Positions 38,439 to 44,352 of a DNA stretch of 44,352 nt are shown here, piece after piece. Position numbers and translations under genes: made by a program. Source of the stretch: an uncultured Deferribacteres bacterium (GTDB lineage: Bacteria > Zhuqueibacterota > Zhuqueibacteria > Zhuqueibacterales > Geothermadaptataceae). A model generated the notes under the pieces. That model did not search any database. It was not told where the DNA came from and saw only the letters and a list, made by a program, of their open reading frames with translations. The first letter of the stretch is position 1; each line of letters starts with the position of its first letter. The stretch is from the NCBI GenBank assembly GCA_964014485.1, contig CAXHAT010000045.1, positions 1 through 44,352 on the forward strand. The letters run 5' to 3'.

Positions 38439-40739
38439 ATGATGTCCGCTGAAAAGATCAATTTTATCGATAATGACGTTTTGACCACTGGAACAAGACT
38501 TGCGTTGAAGTCTGTAGAGGGTTCTCCAATAAAGAACACAGGAAGTCCTACGCCGCCGGGACCTTGTTGGTATATATATCGCAGTGAAGGATTATCGTTT
38601 AGCTTGCTTTTGCCCAAAGGCCAAAATGTGCTGTTAAAGTGGAAGATAGCGGCCTGGAAGGCAGATTATTGGCTTGAAGTGAATGATACGAAAGGCGAGG
38701 TACGAAAGCAGCGTGACGAGGGCAGTACAACGACGCCTTATACTGAACACTCCTGGGATATTTCAAGTTACGTGCGGGAAGGAAATAACACCATTAAACT
38801 CACCAGAACAAGAGAGGGGGATTCCGGGCCGTTATCTATCAATGAAGTTTCTGTAGAGATCACGCAGCCCGAGGCCTATCCAAACGGCAATATCGAAATC
38901 GATGGTATTGAGGTCACGCAAGCGATACAGAATATTGTGACGCATGACGTTCCGCTTATTGAAAACAAAAAGACGGCTGCCCGGATTTATCTAACTGTTC
39001 CGGAAGCGATGAGCGCGGGAAAATTGACCGGCGAGCTAAAAATAACAAAAGGCGATGAAACCTACCATGCTTACTCAGAAGGAAGCCTTGACGTTACCAA
39101 CGCGAATCAAGACGCCTTACTCAAAAAACGGGAAAATATAAATAACAGCCTCAACTTCCTGTTGCCGGAGGGAGCGTGCTCTGGCGAAGTGGACGTAACC
39201 CTGGATGGTCTTTACGCCGACATTGGAGAAAATTCATACTCGGTAAATATCGGTACAAGCGCTAACCGCAGCGTGTCATTCGAAAAAGCGCCACCTTTGC
39301 GCCTGCGGGTGATCGGATTGCGCCATAAAGACCAAGAAGATCCGGATTGTCCGGAGCAGCCGCGTCAAATTGATTATGATCTGATTAAATCCTGGTTAGG
39401 ACGGGCTTTCCCAGTCCCCGATGTTGAATTTTCCCGTATAGTCACCGATACACCGAGAAACTTCTCTACGCCATTTATAAATCATAGATTTAAAGTTTGG
39501 GCGCAGGTGGCGGCGATAAGGCATTTGGATATGGCCTTCGGCTCGATCGACAGGCGCACCCACTATTACGGCCTGGCGATTGATCACAGAAGAATGGACA
39601 GTGATGAGAACTACAAGGAATGTTGTCATACATTTCTGAAAGGAGCCGGCGAACTTGAATTTTATGCAGACCCCACTCTTGTTGCGGCAGGCCCCACCGG
39701 AACTCCATGGGTCACAAAAGTAGGCCCTGGAGGGGAAGAAACCCAGGATAGAATCGATCTGATAACTGCGTGGGACAATGACGCATCTTTTGGCGACTGG
39801 TATGCAGCCCATGAACTTGGCCATAATCTTGGACGCCTTCATACTTTCATCCCGATTAGCGGCTATCCATACGCAAATGGCAAGATTGGGGACACGGGCA
39901 GACCCTACATTGGTTTCGATGTGGGTGATGAAAGCTTAAATCTTGAGAGACAGGCAATGCCCTATAATAAATATAGTGATGTCATGAGCTACAACCTGTT
40001 TCGATGGGTAAGCGATCACACCTATAAAGCGATACTGACTCGCTTAAAAGAAGAAGATGTAATAGGCCAAGACGGCAAGGGCAGTGGCTGCGCCGTTAAG
40101 TTCGAGGAAGGAATTTTCATCAGCGTGATTGTCCTGAAAAAAGAAATCGTCTATGTCAATCCGGTAAGCGGCGGATTTGTGCGAACGGCCAGTTCCCACT
40201 TCAACACAAAGTTGAGAATACACTACCAAAGCAGCGATGAGAGCCTGCCCGCAGACAGAAGGGATAGACAAGAAGATACGCAGATAAATCGAGGTATGCA
40301 TAGCATAGATTTTATAGACTGGGCGATCAAGTTAAACTTGAGGGACAAGGAGAGTGTAAGCAAAATTGAATACCTGGAAGACGAACAAGTCAAGTCGACT
40401 TATATTGTCCCGCCCAACGTGGATTCGATTGACACTGTTAAAGTCGCAGCCGATGTCGAAGGCGTAAGAACCGTTACATGGAAAACGACGGGCGAGGACG
40501 CCGTTTTTAATGTTCAAGCGAGTCGCGACAATGGTTCCAGTTGGGAAACGTTGGCTGTCGGTCTAAATGAAAAAAGCTTTGACATTGAAACGAATCTATT
40601 CGCAGGCTTCGAACAGTGGCAGGCGAAGGTTCGCGTCATGGCAACGAATGGCGTAGAAGCCAAATTTTCTCCAGCTTGCTGGCTAACGTCTGAGCGAGAA
40701 CCTGGTTCTGACCGTCGTATTCTTCCTGATGTTCTGTAA
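38439..40739 (+). CDS. Metzincin zinc metalloprotease (M66-like) with N- and C-terminal beta-sandwich domains
   Basis: AAGGAAG RBS before ATG 38439; IEVTQAIQ; AHELGHNLGRLH; Met-turn DVMSY; SRDNGSSW. Confidence 0.8.
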   Translation: MMSAEKINFIDNDVLTTGTRLALKSVEGSPIKNTGSPTPPGPCWYIYRSEGLSFSLLLPKGQNVLLKWKIAAWKADYWLEVNDTKGEVRKQRDEGSTTTPYTEHSWDISSYVREGNNTIKLTRTREGDSGPLSINEVSVEITQPEAYPNGNIEIDGIEVTQAIQNIVTHDVPLIENKKTAARIYLTVPEAMSAGKLTGELKITKGDETYHAYSEGSLDVTNANQDALLKKRENINNSLNFLLPEGACSGEVDVTLDGLYADIGENSYSVNIGTSANRSVSFEKAPPLRLRVIGLRHKDQEDPDCPEQPRQIDYDLIKSWLGRAFPVPDVEFSRIVTDTPRNFSTPFINHRFKVWAQVAAIRHLDMAFGSIDRRTHYYGLAIDHRRMDSDENYKECCHTFLKGAGELEFYADPTLVAAGPTGTPWVTKVGPGGEETQDRIDLITAWDNDASFGDWYAAHELGHNLGRLHTFIPISGYPYANGKIGDTGRPYIGFDVGDESLNLERQAMPYNKYSDVMSYNLFRWVSDHTYKAILTRLKEEDVIGQDGKGSGCAVKFEEGIFISVIVLKKEIVYVNPVSGGFVRTASSHFNTKLRIHYQSSDESLPADRRDRQEDTQINRGMHSIDFIDWAIKLNLRDKESVSKIEYLEDEQVKSTYIVPPNVDSIDTVKVAADVEGVRTVTWKTTGEDAVFNVQASRDNGSSWETLAVGLNEKSFDIETNLFAGFEQWQAKVRVMATNGVEAKFSPACWLTSEREPGSDRRILPDVL

Positions 40740-40783
40740 TGATATTGTCGCAGCCGTAGTCGACGTTGAGGGCAGGCTTGATC

Positions 40784-40816
40784 AACCTTCCGAAAGCTTT
40801 GAGCCTTCGGAAGGTT
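40784..40816. repeat. REP-like palindrome
   Basis: AACCTTCCGAA-AGCTTTGAGCC-TTCGGAAGGTT. Confidence 0.6.
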
Positions 40817-40897
40817 TCGTTCTGCGCAGTTCAAGTCAACGATGATCGCCGGATTTTCCCGAACCGTCGGTATTATTCCAGCCAGCCAAACTCTTGT

Positions 40898-40985
40898 CCG
40901 CCGCTCAGCAGTTTTCGTTTGACTTCTCGCCCGCTATTTTTTTCTTCAACATGTGACGCATTTAAGCTTGGCTGTTTTGAGCGTA
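40898..40985 (+). repeat. 88-bp direct repeat, copy 2
   Basis: Ungapped match to 36410-36497 at offset 4488. Confidence 0.9.
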
Positions 40986-41101
40986 ATAAATTTAAGTTTC
41001 GCGTCAAAAGCCGCTCGCATCATCCTACCGTGGCGCTGACTGCAGAGACGAATTTGCTTGTTTCTACTGAGTTAAGTGAAAATTGAGAAGGAGGAAGACC
41101 G

Positions 41102-43633
41102 GTGAAATCATTGCAAAGTCATTTTATTCCACAAACCAGATTGGACAAGCATTCGATTCGGACTCAGTTCGCCAGCACAAAAATGTTGTCTGGCGTCGTT
41201 TCATTTTTGGCGATCTTCTTTGCGAGTTCGCTTTTCGCACAACCTGCAGGGCCGGTTTGGATCCACATTCATACGGCAACACATAACTCGAAACCGCAAG
41301 ATCCACAAAACCCCGGGAGCGTAACCGATACCTGGTCTTCAGCGTCAACCTGGGAGCAAAACGCCGCGCCGACTGATGAAAGCACCGTCTATATTACGGC
41401 CGGTATAACAGTGACTGGAGCCTCCGGAACGGCCGAGATGATTATCGTTGAGAGAGGCGCGACGCTGGAACTTGGCGGAGACCTCGAGGTCAACTCTTTA
41501 ATCTGGGTGCGCTCAGGCGGTACGCTAAACATTGGCGCGCATACCCTGAGCGGCGGCACGCTCCGCCTGGGCTGGACAAGCGAAAGCGCAAATTTAGTCC
41601 GCAGCACAGGCGGCAAAATTCGAACAAATACCTGGGATCACTTTCGCACTGATCAGACAATGGACATACTTGACCGTGTGGAGAATCTCTACTTGTCCAA
41701 CTTTAACGGCGCCGTAACGACGTTCACAACGACCTCGCGTTTCAATATACGCGGCTCAGTCTGGGTGGAGCGAGGCGGAACCAGAGGATCGACCACGCTT
41801 GAGCTAGGCGACGATCTTGAGCTCACCGGCAACCTCTCGATGCGTGAGGGCGTCCTCAAGGATATGGGCTACAATGTGACGGTTGGGGGCCAAATCACCA
41901 ACGGCAACAGCAGGTTATGGGGCTGGAACGGCATGACAACCGAGCGCGGCGGCGGCAATTTGATTGCGCGCAAGATGGTCTTCGGGCGCGGTGTTGGTAA
42001 CGTGAGCTTCCGCAGTTGCGACGTTATTCTGGAGCAGTTTACAACCGTAAACCGCTTTACGACCACAACCAATTTTTCAATTGACCAAGATGGGACAAAT
42101 AGTGCCCGAAGCGGTACCGGCCTGTCAATCGAAAATCCGGCGGACAATGCGTTTGTGCTCGGTCACAGAGACGGCGCAAGAGACCGAACTGTAATGACTT
42201 TAAACTGGAACAACACCGTTTCACCTGGATTCGATTGGATACTTCGCTGGAAGGGAAACCATCTAGATCAACTCAAACAGTACATTCGGGACGGAAAGCT
42301 TGTGGCCGGGACCTTGCCTGGCGGCGTGAGTTTTACAGCTGACGATAATGTATTTCATGACACGATGGGATTGATTGCGGAGGAGGAGTATACCTACATT
42401 GGCATACCTGGGGCTACTGATCCAGCAGCTCTTGACGCGGTCCCGGAGCTAAACGTAGGCCCAAGCTACGTCAATTTGACTGAAGGACCAACCGGTGATC
42501 AATACGTGGAGACAGAAGGCGCTGTTAATGCAGTCATGGTATTTGTGGATTTCGAGGGCGCGCGAGCCGGTGATCTTATTACGGAGACTGTCGGTAATGA
42601 CAAGCTGGGGAACGGTGCAGCACAGATGCTTTTTGAGAGACAATCTTACGGCAAGATGAAACTCAACGTCACTCGCATTGACGGGTGGAGAAGCTTGTCC
42701 AACACGGCGAGTCATTATACGGACACGCCTGATGATGGGAATCCGGCCACGCCTGAGGATGATGCAACCCACTTCGATACTTATGCTGAACACCTAACTT
42801 ATATTCAGGATGTGACGGCACTCTTTACTGATGTGACTTTTTCCAACTACGATATCGTGCTTATTGTCGCTTCACCAACGCCCGATATCAGGTTATCTCC
42901 TGCTGTCACTGTAGGGGCTGGAGACATAAGCACCTTGAATGGCGTACGAGCGGCCGTTACGTTTGGAAATGACAGCTATACAAACCGCTGGACGAACTTG
43001 GTGCATGAAATGGGACACCTGTTTGGCCTTCCGGATCTGTACCCATTTGCGCCTCTAAAAAAGAAAGACAGCGTTGTGGGGCCATGGGATTTGATGGACG
43101 ATATTTTTTCAGGGAATGTTTTTCTCGGCTGGCATCGGCACAAAATGGGCTGGCTGGATGGAAGCCGCATGAGATATCTCCAACGCACGACAACGACTTT
43201 CGAGCGGACCTACGAGCTGACGCGCGTGTCCTCCTGCTGCGGTCCATCGATGGTGGTTATTTCGGCGGGCACTGAGACCAATCCATCAAAGGTGTTTGTG
43301 GTTGAACTCACCGAGCCCGTCCTGACGTCAGATTGGCGAGCGAAGCAAATGTCTAGTAGTGATGGCGTGCTGATCTACAGCGTTGACGCCACTCTTGCAA
43401 GCGGTAGTTTCCCAATCAATGTCTACTCACGAACACCAAGGCCGGCGACGCCTGCAAGTGATTCGGATTATGAATTTTTATGGCAAGCGCCTTGGGAAGT
43501 TGATGATACCTTTAATGATACAGATTCTCCAGTTGACGGCGTCCCAATGAAAGTGGAAGTTCTCAGCAAAACAGGCACAGGATCCAATTCCACCTACGAG
43601 GTCAAAATTACTGTAAACAGCAGTAACCAGTAA
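41102..43633 (+). CDS. Secreted M6-family (immune inhibitor A-like) metalloprotease with G8/beta-helix-like N-terminal region
   Basis: GGAGGA RBS; signal ending SSLFA; WSSASTW...P...VYI; VMVFVDF, QSYGK, HEMGHLFGLPDLY, GPWDLM, KMGWL. Confidence 0.82.
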   Translation: MKSLQSHFIPQTRLDKHSIRTQFASTKMLSGVVSFLAIFFASSLFAQPAGPVWIHIHTATHNSKPQDPQNPGSVTDTWSSASTWEQNAAPTDESTVYITAGITVTGASGTAEMIIVERGATLELGGDLEVNSLIWVRSGGTLNIGAHTLSGGTLRLGWTSESANLVRSTGGKIRTNTWDHFRTDQTMDILDRVENLYLSNFNGAVTTFTTTSRFNIRGSVWVERGGTRGSTTLELGDDLELTGNLSMREGVLKDMGYNVTVGGQITNGNSRLWGWNGMTTERGGGNLIARKMVFGRGVGNVSFRSCDVILEQFTTVNRFTTTTNFSIDQDGTNSARSGTGLSIENPADNAFVLGHRDGARDRTVMTLNWNNTVSPGFDWILRWKGNHLDQLKQYIRDGKLVAGTLPGGVSFTADDNVFHDTMGLIAEEEYTYIGIPGATDPAALDAVPELNVGPSYVNLTEGPTGDQYVETEGAVNAVMVFVDFEGARAGDLITETVGNDKLGNGAAQMLFERQSYGKMKLNVTRIDGWRSLSNTASHYTDTPDDGNPATPEDDATHFDTYAEHLTYIQDVTALFTDVTFSNYDIVLIVASPTPDIRLSPAVTVGAGDISTLNGVRAAVTFGNDSYTNRWTNLVHEMGHLFGLPDLYPFAPLKKKDSVVGPWDLMDDIFSGNVFLGWHRHKMGWLDGSRMRYLQRTTTTFERTYELTRVSSCCGPSMVVISAGTETNPSKVFVVELTEPVLTSDWRAKQMSSSDGVLIYSVDATLASGSFPINVYSRTPRPATPASDSDYEFLWQAPWEVDDTFNDTDSPVDGVPMKVEVLSKTGTGSNSTYEVKITVNSSNQ

Positions 43634-43958
43634 ATCTGCGTTTTTGATCATTTTACATAAAAGACTTTGACGAGCCGGGATTTGGTCATCAGTATTCAAG
43701 GAAAGAAGAAAAGCTTTCCCCGAGACGCCAGGCGTCAGCGGAAATAGCGCCTCAGCCTTTGCAATATTTTTCGTCAGCGTTTTATCCGGCCTGCATGGTC
43801 ATCACGCAATCCAGTTGATCGGGTAAATCCAGTCAAAAAATATTAGGCATCGAAAATCAACGTCGAACTGTGACTTAAGCCCGGAATCCCTTGCATAATT
43901 TTCGAAAATCGAGTATTGCCAAGCCCTGAGGCTTTATTCGATTTTCGGAGATCCATAC

Positions 43959-44297
43959 ATGACCAATCCTCTGCAATCCATTCGCATCGGCACGCTGGCG
44001 CCAGGTGACGGGCCAAATCCCGCCGAATATATCCGCCAAATTTTGCCGCACGGCTTCGAGAGCTTTCAAATCACGTTTTGGGAGAATTGCACAAAAATTA
44101 ACCTGCCCAAACTCGCCGATGAGATTCATCACGTCCTGGACGACTCGGGAGCGGTGATTAGTGCTCTCGGCGTTTACGGCAATCCGCTCGAAAACGACGA
44201 AAAGGCAGCGGAGACGCGCAAGAGCTGGCAGCTTCTGGTTGAGAACGCGCATCTGTTCGGCACGGACATTGTCGCCGGATTCGCCGGGCGCTTGCGT
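43959..44297 (+). CDS. Sugar phosphate isomerase/epimerase (xylose-isomerase-like TIM barrel), 3' truncated
   Basis: GGAG RBS; IRIGTL, HGFESFQITFW, ISALGVYGNPL, VAGFAG; frame interrupted by a foreign 55-bp tail. Confidence 0.75.
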
Positions 44298-44352
44298 GAC
44301 AGAAGGCGCTGTTAATGCAGTCATGGTATTTGTGGATTTCGAGGGCGCGCGA
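44298..44352 (+). repeat. Exact 55-bp copy of 42511-42565 at the window end
   Basis: GACAGAAGGCGCTGTTAATGCAGTCATGGTATTTGTGGATTTCGAGGGCGCGCGA at both places. Confidence 0.95.

Noticed and set aside
3773..44352. Complete DGR in the window
   Set aside because: No reverse transcriptase, Avd or AAC-rich template repeat seen

Overview
Bacterial chromosomal window, probably from an FCB-related lineage such as KSB1/Calditrichota (inferred from GWxTD, choice-of-anchor B and FlgD-Ig C-terminal domain proteins). The left half is mostly housekeeping and envelope genes: Bor-like lipoprotein, HEAT-cyclophilin, M14 peptidase, thioredoxin-like, GWxTD, Nif3, ComM/YifB and carA-carB. It also holds a TM-NACHT-DUF1566 protein with a DGR-target-like tail and a PIN toxin-antitoxin pair wedged between carA and carB. 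The main unannotated structure, at about 25.0-29.75 kb, is a decayed integron. It comprises an intI N-terminal remnant pointing towards the array, a candidate attI, three canonical attC sites and three complete cassettes: a membrane protein, a Zn-ribbon/TPR protein, and a two-gene cassette encoding a degenerate RuvC-like protein plus a Ser/Thr kinase, which is the best candidate for a new defence system. A hicAB locus with an inactivated toxin follows. The right part has a LytS/LytTR pair, an ABC permease, an 8-mer tandem repeat, an 88-bp direct repeat bracketing a frameshifted Tat aminotransferase and a metzincin, and an M6 protease. The last 55 bp duplicate an internal sequence and are probably an assembly artefact. 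No rRNA, tRNA or CRISPR array was seen.
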